This document shows positions 26,818-35,674 of a DNA stretch of 51,958 nt, one piece after another. The stretch covers positions 1 to 51,958 of the forward strand of contig LQMQ01000039.1 in assembly GCA_001515205.2 (NCBI GenBank), read 5' to 3'. The stretch is from Candidatus Hadarchaeum yellowstonense (GTDB lineage Archaea > Hadarchaeota > Hadarchaeia > Hadarchaeales > Hadarchaeaceae). Position 1 is the first letter of the stretch. Each line of letters begins with the position of its first letter. Made by a program: the position numbers and the translations under genes. Below the pieces are notes generated by a model that was not told the origin of the DNA, did no database searches, and worked only from the letters and a program-made list of their open reading frames with translations.

Positions 26818-28682
26818 ACCTTCCAGAAATTCTTACGCTGCTGCTCGGCACCGCCATGCTGCTCCTAGTCCTCACTTTTGTAATTTATTCCATTGAGAAC
26901 ACCAGAAGGGCCAGGTATTCAACCACCTCGCTGTTGGTGACACTGGGCGCGATCTGCTTTTTAATCGCGGTGGCGGTCATGGGGGTCAGCACCCTTCTCC
27001 AACCCCTGGACATCCTGGTTCAAACAGCGGTGATTCTTTGGATGACCGGAGCGCTTTTGCTCCTAGTAGGACAAACGCTGCAAATCAAGGCCTTCAAAAA
27101 AATATATGGCTCCTTGAGGAGTGCCATTGGTCTCTCAAGCTCTAGGTGGTCCTTGGCCGGAATAATCACCCTCATCCTGGGAACTCCCGTCTATCTCTCG
27201 GCCCTGAACACCACAGTCAACGAAGGATTTACCTGGTACAGCGCCGTGAGCATCGTCATCTGGGTCTTCGTCTTTGCCTGCCTGACCGTTGCCGAAAGAA
27301 AACTGTTTCTGATCTCGAGCACCTCCCCTCCGGAAGCATCGATAACAAAACTGGTTCAAGACGACGCCCAAACTCTGGTAGCCTACTCAAGCCTCACGAA
27401 CAGGTTCCTGGCCCACGTGGTTCCCGTGATCGGTGTTTCCGGTCTCGAGGACGCCCTAGCCCCGTGTGTTGAGGAGCACCCCATCTTGTTCGATGACAAA
27501 CTTATCGATGGCGGAGTGCTCAACGTGGATCAGCTGATAAAAAACAGCCGGAGAATTCATGAGAGTGAAAGGATTTCAGAAATCTTCAGCGCCTTTTCGG
27601 ACCTGAACACCACCATAGTTGACCTCTACGCCGCGTTCACCTCCCCGGCCCAGGCGGCCTACATGGTCGGCATCGAGGCTGAACTTTACAGGGATGAGGT
27701 GGCTCTCTGGAGGCTGGGGGTTCCCCTAGGCAAATACAGCGAGGCCGTTTATGAAAGGGAGATAATCATCGGCCTGCCGGATGGCGTCGCCGATGTTGAC
27801 AAGGCCAAGAACTTCGCCTACCTCCTCTTCAAGCGCTATCTGGAGAGATTGCTGAACATGTGCAAGAAGTCCACCAGGGCCAGCATTAAGAGAGAGCTGA
27901 GCGAGATGGCGAGAAAAAACCCGGCGCTTGGCAGGGTTGACCTTTCTGAAGACGGCAAGATCGACCTCAGCAGGCTCTACCAGCACCTTTCAGGGACAAA
28001 GTTCAAGGATGGCATGCGGGAGCTGGTGGAAACCTTCTCCACCTTCGCTAACATCTGCTATGAAGCGGCCAAAAGGGACCTGGGGACAAAACAGGCCACG
28101 GAGATAGCCTCGGAGGTCTTTTCCGAACTCCTGCGCAAGTATGGTGGCTTCCTGCAGCACTACGGCATCACCGAGGCCATTCCAGAGGGAGTTCAGATCC
28201 GGGGCACCTATCTCCCCCTAGTCGCGGGCAAGAGCTATCTCGTCGAGGGGAGAAGCCCCAGACAGGCTTTCAAGATGTTTGCCGACCTGGTACGCTACGG
28301 CAATCCCGGCCTGGTGATAACAACCTCCCACCCGGCGCACGTGAGAAAGGAATACAGCATTCCGGACCGCATTACCGTCCTCTGGCTCTCAAAGGTGGAA
28401 GTTGATTACGCGGTCTCCCCATCGAACCTGGGAATTCTCCGCGATCGAATCACGGCTTTCGCTTCCAAGAGGGAGAACGCGGTTATCCTGCTCGAAGGGC
28501 TCGAATATTTGATCACCACCAATGGCTTCGACCTGACGCTGAAGCTGATGCACGACATAAGGGAGATTGTGGTGATCAACCGCGCCAGGCTCATCGTCCC
28601 GGTGGCACCAATGGCACTTGAGACCAAGCAGCTGGAGATGCTGAGGCGCTATATGGAGGTAGTTGAGACTGAGGAGGAGTGA
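26814..28682 (+). CDS. Membrane protein (about 5 TM) + helical repeats + C-terminal DUF835 domain
   Basis: N-terminal TM helices. C-terminal GKSYLV...GLVITT.HP...LWLS...SPSNL...VILLEGLEYLIT.NGF..LK..HDI. ATGA overlap at 26814. Confidence 0.85.
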   Translation: MNLPEILTLLLGTAMLLLVLTFVIYSIENTRRARYSTTSLLVTLGAICFLIAVAVMGVSTLLQPLDILVQTAVILWMTGALLLLVGQTLQIKAFKKIYGSLRSAIGLSSSRWSLAGIITLILGTPVYLSALNTTVNEGFTWYSAVSIVIWVFVFACLTVAERKLFLISSTSPPEASITKLVQDDAQTLVAYSSLTNRFLAHVVPVIGVSGLEDALAPCVEEHPILFDDKLIDGGVLNVDQLIKNSRRIHESERISEIFSAFSDLNTTIVDLYAAFTSPAQAAYMVGIEAELYRDEVALWRLGVPLGKYSEAVYEREIIIGLPDGVADVDKAKNFAYLLFKRYLERLLNMCKKSTRASIKRELSEMARKNPALGRVDLSEDGKIDLSRLYQHLSGTKFKDGMRELVETFSTFANICYEAAKRDLGTKQATEIASEVFSELLRKYGGFLQHYGITEAIPEGVQIRGTYLPLVAGKSYLVEGRSPRQAFKMFADLVRYGNPGLVITTSHPAHVRKEYSIPDRITVLWLSKVEVDYAVSPSNLGILRDRITAFASKRENAVILLEGLEYLITTNGFDLTLKLMHDIREIVVINRARLIVPVAPMALETKQLEMLRRYMEVVETEEE

Positions 28683-28773
28683 ACAGATGAACCTCGTCTT
28701 CTCGTCAAATTACCCCGGAGATATCGGGTTAAAAAGGAGGTTTTCCAAGGAAGAACCAAGGTGAGGAAAAAAT

Positions 28774-29742
28774 ATGTTGACGCCCAAAAACTCAGCCACG
28801 ATTCCGCTGGATAAAAAGGTCCTTCTGGTCAACGAGCTGCTGGTCAACGAATGCTCGCTGCTCCTTTACAGCCCGGGAGTTGATGTCTGGCGCTCCTTCG
28901 GCTCCTTCATCGACAACGGCCTGGCCAGCGGCGAGACCTGCCTCTACGCCTATGATGAGGCGGGTGTCAGGTTACAGCTGGAGACGATATTCGGCGAGGC
29001 CATCACCCAGGGCAGGCTGCTGAGATTTCCGCTGGGCAGGGGATATCTCCCCAAGGAAATCGAGGAGCTGAGCGAGAAGCTTGAGGCTCTTTGCGCCAAG
29101 TCCCGATCGGAAAAACGTCCCGCCAGGGTGCTGGTTGACTTCGGCGGCCTCGTCACCCGCCACAGCTTCGACAAGGCGGTTGGTCTCCTTAGGTCGTTAA
29201 TCTCCCTCAAGGAGGAGACATTTACCCTGCCTCAGGAGAAGAAAAAACATCCGGTTCTGCGGACGGCAATAATGGCTTTTAACCTGGAATCCCTTGACGA
29301 GGAGCAAATCAGGACGCTGATGGGGATCTGCAAAAATGTGATTATCTCCACGATCGATGGGACCACCACGCTGGCGCTGAACTTCCGGAGCCGCCGGCAG
29401 CTGGAACCTGAGGTCGAGCTGGCCCCGAAGGAATCCCTCGAACACTTTGTCAAGCGCCATCTGGAGACCATCGTCCTCTCCCTGCTGAGCGAGCATCCCA
29501 TGTGCGGCTATGACGTCATCAAGACGATCTACCAGCGCTACTACACCTCGCTGAGCCAAGGGACCGTTTACTCCCTTCTTTACTCGCTGGAGGCCAAAGG
29601 GCTGGTAACCGTGATGAAGGCGGAGTCACAGCGATCCAAGATCTATGTCCTGACCGATCAGGGGCGAAAGCTGGCGGAGAGCCGGATAAAGGACTTCGTC
29701 ACCGCCCAGAGGTATTTGCTGGAATCAATTCAGGGGACCTGA
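28774..29742 (+). CDS. MEDS/KaiC-like N-terminal domain fused to a PadR-family winged HTH
   Basis: N-terminus LLY....FIDNGL.SGETCLY (MEDS-like). C-terminus LETIVLSLL..PMCGYDVIK.I.....LSQGTVY.LL..LE.KGLV...K.Y.LT..GR. Confidence 0.8.
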   Translation: MLTPKNSATIPLDKKVLLVNELLVNECSLLLYSPGVDVWRSFGSFIDNGLASGETCLYAYDEAGVRLQLETIFGEAITQGRLLRFPLGRGYLPKEIEELSEKLEALCAKSRSEKRPARVLVDFGGLVTRHSFDKAVGLLRSLISLKEETFTLPQEKKKHPVLRTAIMAFNLESLDEEQIRTLMGICKNVIISTIDGTTTLALNFRSRRQLEPEVELAPKESLEHFVKRHLETIVLSLLSEHPMCGYDVIKTIYQRYYTSLSQGTVYSLLYSLEAKGLVTVMKAESQRSKIYVLTDQGRKLAESRIKDFVTAQRYLLESIQGT

Positions 29743-29757
29743 GACAGACGCCAACTT

Positions 29758-30120
29758 TCACTCTCCATTTTGAAGGAAACTGAGGATCATCCTCTTGGCG
29801 TTGATGCGGTCCTGGAGTAAACCCCGGATTTTCTCCTCCATCCCCCTGACCGGCCGATACCTTTTCACCTTGCCGCTCGGCTCGTGCTGCACCAGCCCCC
29901 TTCTCTCCAGATCATGCAATAGTGGATAAATCGTCCCCGGGCTGAGCAGCAACCCAAATTTCCCGTGGATGGTCTTGATGATGTCGGTGCCGCATCTCGG
30001 CCGCTTCAGCAACAGCGCCAGGACCAGGTACTCCAGCTCATCCCTGACCGACTTCTGGACTGAGCCGGAGAAAACGGCTTTTTCATCACCGGCCTCATCA
30101 GGGGCTGTTCTCTCTTTCAA
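29758..30120 (-). CDS. PadR family transcriptional regulator
   Basis: LEYLVLALL..PRCGTDIIK.I...FG.LLSPGTIYPLLH.LE..GLV. Paralogous to the PadR domain of the neighbouring gene. Confidence 0.88.
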   Translation of the reverse strand: MKERTAPDEAGDEKAVFSGSVQKSVRDELEYLVLALLLKRPRCGTDIIKTIHGKFGLLLSPGTIYPLLHDLERRGLVQHEPSGKVKRYRPVRGMEEKIRGLLQDRINAKRMILSFLQNGE

Positions 30121-30152
30121 TCAACCACGATTCTGATATCTCCCTTCTTATA

Positions 30153-30179
30153 TATCGATTTTTGTGTCGAAAATTGATA
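30153..30179. promoter_or_regulatory. Imperfect inverted repeat in the divergent padR / coiled-coil gene promoter region
   Basis: TATCGATTTT-N7-AAAATTGATA (one mismatch), flanked by TTATATAT and TTTTTAAA boxes. Confidence 0.45.
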
Positions 30180-30268
30180 GATTTTCCATAAGAAAACCCC
30201 TTTTTAAACCGGAAAGTTTCGCTCTCAGGGGTGCCCGGGTGAACGCGAGAGGTGACGCCGAGATCTGG

Positions 30269-30637
30269 ATGAAAATGCTGGAAATGCTGCGGACAATCAG
30301 AGTCAGCAAAGAGAAACTGGAGGAGCTGGAAAGGATGGTAAATCGGCTGACGGCTGAGATGGCCGAGGCCTCGAGGCGAGGAGTATTGCCCAACCCGGGC
30401 GATGCCTACGAACAGCTGCAGGCCCTGGCCAGGTTGAGCTCCGCGATCGAAAGAATCGGCAGGGAGATGGAGGAGCTGGAAAGGCTCGAAAGGAAGATAC
30501 AGGCCTTGGAAAAGAGGATTGAGATGGATCAGCTGATAATGGACCAGATCCGGGAACAGCTGAGGAAGAAGCTCCAAGTTGTTATCAGGGAAGAGAAATC
30601 CGATCTAAAATTCAACCCCGAAAATCCGCCTGGTTAG
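30269..30637 (+). CDS. Hypothetical coiled-coil protein
   Basis: E/K/R/L-rich heptads, with a GAGGTGA SD-like element upstream. The start could be 30239 or 30269. Confidence 0.7.
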   Translation: MKMLEMLRTIRVSKEKLEELERMVNRLTAEMAEASRRGVLPNPGDAYEQLQALARLSSAIERIGREMEELERLERKIQALEKRIEMDQLIMDQIREQLRKKLQVVIREEKSDLKFNPENPPG

Positions 30638-30650
30638 AATATCGTTAAAG

Positions 30651-30686
30651 TAAATAAAAATCAAGAATACAAAACATTTTTATTTA
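30651..30686 (+). promoter_or_regulatory. 11-bp perfect inverted repeat overlapping the ADH promoter
   Basis: TAAATAAAAAT-N14-ATTTTTATTTA, ending 20 nt before ATG 30707. Confidence 0.45.
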
Positions 30687-30706
30687 ACCGCGTGGGACTT
30701 TCACCC

Positions 30707-31921
30707 ATGACCGAAGAAATTTTAACCGGAAGCATCGGGCATGTTGAGTTCAACTACCCGAAAAAATACATCTTTGGACCGAACGCGGTTGATAATATCT
30801 GCCGTGAGGTGGAGCCCTTCGCCCCCAAGGGATCAAAAATTCTGATCGTGACCGACAAAAACCTGGTTGATCTGGGGCTGGCCAACAGGATTCTGAAGCC
30901 GCTGGAGGAGGAAAAATACCAACTGGCCATCTATGACCAGGCCTCACAGGAGCCCACCATAAGCATGGTGGAGAAGGTGGCGGAGAGGGCAAGGGCAGAA
31001 AAGCCAGCTCTTGTCATCGGCTTTGGTGGTGGCAGTGCCCTGGACATGGCCAAGTTCGCCTCCGCCGCCGTCACCAACCCGGGCCCGATGAAGGAGTACA
31101 TAACCTACCTTCAAGACAGCATCAAGGTGCCACCGGTTCCCAAGATACTCATCCCCACAACCGCTGGGACCGGCAGCGAGGCCTCAGGGTACGCCGTGGT
31201 CATCGAGGAGAAGGGCTACAAGGGGTTTGTGATGAGCCCCAAAATCGTCTCAGACGTGGCCATCGTCGACCCCACCCTCTCGCAGTCAATGCCGCCCAGG
31301 CTGACCGCCCACACCGGTCTAGACGCTCTCTCGCACGGGCTGGAGGCCGTCTTGTCCTTCACCGCCAACATGTTTTCCGACACCTATGCCTACCGGACCG
31401 TTGAACTCGCGGCCAAATACCTGCGGAGGGCATATCACCACGGAAAAGATCTGGTCGCTAGGGCGGGCATGGCTCTGGCCGCCACCTACGGCGGAATAGC
31501 GATCACCACCCCGGCCGCGGTCAACATCGGCCACTGCCTCGGTGAAACCATCGGTCCAAGGTACCGCATACCTCACGGTGCCGCCTGCGGCATAGTTCTG
31601 CCCTACATAACCAAGTTCAACATCGCCGCGTGGCCGGAAAGAGTTGCTTCGCTGGCGAAATTCTTCACCGATGAACCGGCTAAGGATGTGAGGGCGAGGG
31701 CCATGCAGGTGGTCGAGGGGCTGAAGGAGCTGCTGCTGGACCTCAACATGCCCCTCAGCCTGAAGGAGTTGAACGTCCCGCGAGACCAGCTGGCAGAAAT
31801 GGCCGAGTTCATCGCCAAGGAACAGCAGTACAACTACGGCCTACCCGACATCAACCCGGCAGTGATCACGCTGGAAAACACCAAGAAGCTGCTGAACGAC
31901 ATCTGGGAAGGGAACATCTAA
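30707..31921 (+). CDS. Iron-containing (group III) alcohol dehydrogenase
   Basis: GFGGGSALDMAK, IPTTAGTGSE, GLDALSHGLE, GHCLG, IPHG. Confidence 0.93.
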   Translation: MTEEILTGSIGHVEFNYPKKYIFGPNAVDNICREVEPFAPKGSKILIVTDKNLVDLGLANRILKPLEEEKYQLAIYDQASQEPTISMVEKVAERARAEKPALVIGFGGGSALDMAKFASAAVTNPGPMKEYITYLQDSIKVPPVPKILIPTTAGTGSEASGYAVVIEEKGYKGFVMSPKIVSDVAIVDPTLSQSMPPRLTAHTGLDALSHGLEAVLSFTANMFSDTYAYRTVELAAKYLRRAYHHGKDLVARAGMALAATYGGIAITTPAAVNIGHCLGETIGPRYRIPHGAACGIVLPYITKFNIAAWPERVASLAKFFTDEPAKDVRARAMQVVEGLKELLLDLNMPLSLKELNVPRDQLAEMAEFIAKEQQYNYGLPDINPAVITLENTKKLLNDIWEGNI

Positions 31922-31961
31922 AAAAAGACTTTATCCGCTGGACTGGACAAAAGAAAAATTT

Positions 31962-32372
31962 TTAGATATTCTTGGCTTCCAGCGCCCCCGTGGGGCACCA
32001 CTTGACGCACTCAGGGTCTCCGCCGCAGAGATCACAGATCAGCGGCTTTCTGCCCCTCTCATCCATGCTGATCGCTGAGTAGGGGCAGCTCTTCACGCAC
32101 AGCCCGCAGCCCGTGCAGATATCGCTGTCCAGCAGGACGGCGTTGGTGGCCTCATCCTTCCTCAGCGCTGAAACGGGACAGGCCTTGACGCAGGACTGCT
32201 CGGCACATTGAATGCAGGCGACGGGGTACATTATCGTCCTGGGGTTGCCAATCGCCACCTGAACCCGGGAAAGATGGGGATCAAAATTCCCGGTCTTTTT
32301 GAAGGAGCAGGCCAGCTCACAAGTCCTGCAGCCAACGCATTTTTCAGGGTGAATTTCCAGCTTGACCGGCAC
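31962..32372 (-). CDS. 4Fe-4S dicluster electron-transfer protein
   Basis: CVGCRTCELAC, CIQC..SCVKACP, CTGCGLCVKSCP, CDLC.GDPECVKWCP. Confidence 0.93.
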   Translation of the reverse strand: MPVKLEIHPEKCVGCRTCELACSFKKTGNFDPHLSRVQVAIGNPRTIMYPVACIQCAEQSCVKACPVSALRKDEATNAVLLDSDICTGCGLCVKSCPYSAISMDERGRKPLICDLCGGDPECVKWCPTGALEAKNI

Positions 32373-32381
32373 AAGCTCACC

Positions 32382-34232
32382 TCACAGGAACTCCCCGAGA
32401 CCCAGCTCCGCCAGCTTCTCCCTGGTCGGGATGCCGTTGGAGTCCCACTTTCTCAACCGGTAATAATCATCAAGCAGCCTGTTCAGGTCTGCGGAGCTGA
32501 TCATGTGGCCCTTAGCTGGTCCGGAGGGCAGGGGCTCCTCCTTAAACCTCCTGGGGAGATCGTCATCCTTTCGCGTGAAGCCCTCGCGAACGTTGAACAT
32601 CCGGGTCAGGTTCCAGACGCGCTCGCCGATCTTCAAGAACTCCTCAGCGCTAATTTCCCATCCGGTGGCCGCGGAAAGCAGTTTCGCCGAGTCCTCCGGC
32701 ATGAGTCCCGTCCGGCTGAAGTCGCAGCCGACCAGCGTGTCCACCGCCGCAAACCAGTCCTGCTCCCACTTCACGATCTCCGCCTTGCCCTCCAGCGATA
32801 GCCGCTCCACGGGACCGGATGGCCCGGGGATACCTTCGACCTCATAGCCGATCGGCCAGCCCCTTTCATGACAACCGCCGCGATCGGCCGTGGCCAGGGC
32901 AAGGCCCATCCCGGGAGCACCACGCGGGGGCCAAGCGGGGGTCTCCAGCCCCTTGACGTGAATCGCGAAATCTCCGGCCTTACCACCAACCCTTTCCGCG
33001 ACTCCCTTCACCCCCTCGGCCAGTAGGTCACCGACGCCCTCTCGATAAGATATCTTCCTGATCAGCTTCAAAACCGCCTCGCCGTTGCCGAACCTCAGCC
33101 TCAATGCCTCCAGCTCGGGATCCCTCCAGATCCCCCTCTCAAAAAGTTCCATCGCAAATCCAATCACCCCGCCCGCGGAGATGGTGTCCAGCCCCAGTTC
33201 ATCGCAGAGGTAATTGGCGTAGGCGACCACCTCGGGATCCGTCAGGCCGCAGTTGGCGCCCAGCAGCCCGGTGGTCTCGTACTCTATGCCGTCCAGCACC
33301 GTGCCGCTGTGGGGTCCCCTTCTGATGAAAGAGATTGCCGAGCAGATTATCGGGCAGGCATAGCAGGCCGCCCGCCTCAGCCACAACAGCTTGCTCTGGG
33401 AAACTCCGGAGAGCCTCTCGCCTTCCTCGATGTGCCCGTCCTGGAAGTTCCTCGTGGGGAAGAATCCCTGCATGTTGGAGAACTCGACCGACCCCGCCGT
33501 CCCGTATTTGCTCCATACCGTCCGCACGGCCTCGCTTTCCAGCAAGGTTCGATGAAACTTTCTGGCCGTTTCAAAAAACTCCTGAGGCTTTGCCACCCCC
33601 ACTGAACCGGTGCCCCGGACGGCCACCGCCTTGAGGTTCTTGGAGCCCATTACCGCCCCCAGGCCACCGCGCCCCGCCTGCCTCTTGACATCGCAGTCGA
33701 TCAGGGCAAACCTCACCCTCCTCTCCCCCGCAGGGCCGATGCAGGCCACCTTGACCTTGGCGTCGCCCAGCTCCCTCTTTATGGAGAGGCTGGTCTGGGT
33801 GGTGTCCTGTCCCCTCAGCCCCGAGGCATCTCTTAATTCCACATGACCGTCATTGATCCAGAGGTAGCTCAGCCTCTCCGCCCTTCCCCTGATGACCAGG
33901 GCGTCGTATCCCGCGTACTTCAGCTCCTGAATGAAATGGCCGCCGAAATATGAGTCGGAAAAGGTGCCCGTGAGGGGCGACTTGGCGCAGACCAGTCCCC
34001 TCTGAGAGGGGGCGATGGTGCCGGTCAGCGGGCCGGTGGCAAAGATCAACACATTCTGTTCACTGAAGGGATCGGTACCCGGTTTCACCATCTTGTACAG
34101 CAGCCAGGCGGCCAGCCCCTTGCCACCCACAAGCTTCCTCGTCACGGCGGGATCCAGCGGCCGCTCCGCAGTGTTGCCACGGGACAAATCAACCTCCAGA
34201 ATCTTCCCGCAGTAGCAGGGAGCTGGAGTCAT
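32382..34232 (-). CDS. aor: Aldehyde:ferredoxin oxidoreductase (tungsten WOR family)
   Basis: GGKG, ELKYAGYD, GRGGLGAVMGSKNLKAV, CYACPIIC, EYET, DELGLDTIS, RGGCH, YYRLRKWD.NGIP. Confidence 0.93.
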   Translation of the reverse strand: MTPAPCYCGKILEVDLSRGNTAERPLDPAVTRKLVGGKGLAAWLLYKMVKPGTDPFSEQNVLIFATGPLTGTIAPSQRGLVCAKSPLTGTFSDSYFGGHFIQELKYAGYDALVIRGRAERLSYLWINDGHVELRDASGLRGQDTTQTSLSIKRELGDAKVKVACIGPAGERRVRFALIDCDVKRQAGRGGLGAVMGSKNLKAVAVRGTGSVGVAKPQEFFETARKFHRTLLESEAVRTVWSKYGTAGSVEFSNMQGFFPTRNFQDGHIEEGERLSGVSQSKLLWLRRAACYACPIICSAISFIRRGPHSGTVLDGIEYETTGLLGANCGLTDPEVVAYANYLCDELGLDTISAGGVIGFAMELFERGIWRDPELEALRLRFGNGEAVLKLIRKISYREGVGDLLAEGVKGVAERVGGKAGDFAIHVKGLETPAWPPRGAPGMGLALATADRGGCHERGWPIGYEVEGIPGPSGPVERLSLEGKAEIVKWEQDWFAAVDTLVGCDFSRTGLMPEDSAKLLSAATGWEISAEEFLKIGERVWNLTRMFNVREGFTRKDDDLPRRFKEEPLPSGPAKGHMISSADLNRLLDDYYRLRKWDSNGIPTREKLAELGLGEFL

Positions 34233-34234
34233 TT

Positions 34235-35674
34235 TTAATCACTTGGCTTTAGCGCCTTGAATTTTTCATACTGCGGCTTGGTGGCCAAGGAAACTATTAT
34301 GAAGGCGATCGCCGAAAACAGAATCCCCACCGGGAGGTAAAACGGATACTCCGGCCAGGGCCTGGGGACCTCAATGCCAAAGAGGTCACCTACATAGTTG
34401 TAGAAGGCAAACACGGCTCCCACTATCATTCCAGCCAAGGCTCCGGCTTCGTTGGCCCTCTTCCAGACGAACCCGCCTATCAAGGGAACCAAACAGCCAC
34501 AGGCTAGAATGTCCGCGGCCAGCCACAACACCCACAGCATGTCAGGAAGGGTGACACCAACGCCAAAAGCCAAAACAGTTATGATGGTGGTGGCGACCAG
34601 TCCCACCACGAACAGGCCCCGCGGCGTCGCTTTCTTATTTATATATCTGTGGTAAACGTCCTCGCACAACAGCAATGCCCCTGAGTTGATAGCGGTGTCA
34701 GCCGATGACATCACCGTGGCCAGAATCCCTGCCAGAGCAAACCCAAACAGCAACGGCGGGAATATTGATTTAGCCAGAGAGGGCAGGACGCCAACGCCCT
34801 CGAGGCCGGGCACAACCTTTACCGCCGCCATGCCGCCCAAGGTATAAATGAAGTACAGCGGGATGAAAATGATGGCCGCAACCAAAAATGCCTTCATCAC
34901 CAGCCTGGGGTTCTTCGCGGCCAGAATTCTCTGCCACATGTCGGCCTCCAAGAACCAAGCCAAGGAGAAGGAAATGGCATAAGCAAAATTGTACCTGAAG
35001 TTGTCGAAAAAGTCCAGAAAGCCGGGCGCGCCAAGCTCCTGGGGAAGCTGGGCGAGGGCTCCAAAACCGCCTATCGCGTTCAGGGCGATAAAGCTCGTCG
35101 CAATACAAATGATGTTCAGCAAAATGAACTGAAAGATATCGGTATAGATAACCGCTCTAAACCCGCCGATCACGGTATAAAAGTAAACTACCGCCGTGAT
35201 CGCCAATAACCCTACCAAGTAAGGCATGTCCAGAGCCACGGAAAGGGATTCACCGCCGCCGATTAGCTCGGAAGCCGCCCAGGTCATCATGTACCAGATA
35301 CCAAGCAAAGCCAGAATTATCCTGACCTTTGGACCATAGCGCCACTCAAATATCTGCGGCTGGGAGATGGCGTTGGTTTTTCTGATCCTGTAGGCCAAAA
35401 CGGCGACGACGGCAGTGGCAAAAACAGTTGGGAAGCCCATGATCCACCAAGTGCTCACGCCGCCTGTGTAGGCCGCATTATAGGAAATCAGCGCGGAAAT
35501 TCCCGTCCACGAGGCCCCAACCGTGCAGACCAGCGCCCAGAAACCGAGTTCCCTAGAGGCTAGGAAGTATTCCTCTTCCGTATGTCTTTTTCTTGATATT
35601 ATATAACTGTATAATCCTATCACTATCAGAATCACGCCATAGATGACAAGGCCAACCAGGACCTCTGCGTCTAT
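34235..35674 (-). CDS. Sodium:solute symporter family transporter
   Basis: EEYFLASR, GGFRAVIYTD..QF, WQRILAA, LATVMSSADT, about 13 TM helices. Start uncertain (ATA 35674 after the SD, or TTG 35764). Confidence 0.92.
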   Translation of the reverse strand: MDAEVLVGLVIYGVILIVIGLYSYIISRKRHTEEEYFLASRELGFWALVCTVGASWTGISALISYNAAYTGGVSTWWIMGFPTVFATAVVAVLAYRIRKTNAISQPQIFEWRYGPKVRIILALLGIWYMMTWAASELIGGGESLSVALDMPYLVGLLAITAVVYFYTVIGGFRAVIYTDIFQFILLNIICIATSFIALNAIGGFGALAQLPQELGAPGFLDFFDNFRYNFAYAISFSLAWFLEADMWQRILAAKNPRLVMKAFLVAAIIFIPLYFIYTLGGMAAVKVVPGLEGVGVLPSLAKSIFPPLLFGFALAGILATVMSSADTAINSGALLLCEDVYHRYINKKATPRGLFVVGLVATTIITVLAFGVGVTLPDMLWVLWLAADILACGCLVPLIGGFVWKRANEAGALAGMIVGAVFAFYNYVGDLFGIEVPRPWPEYPFYLPVGILFSAIAFIIVSLATKPQYEKFKALKPSD

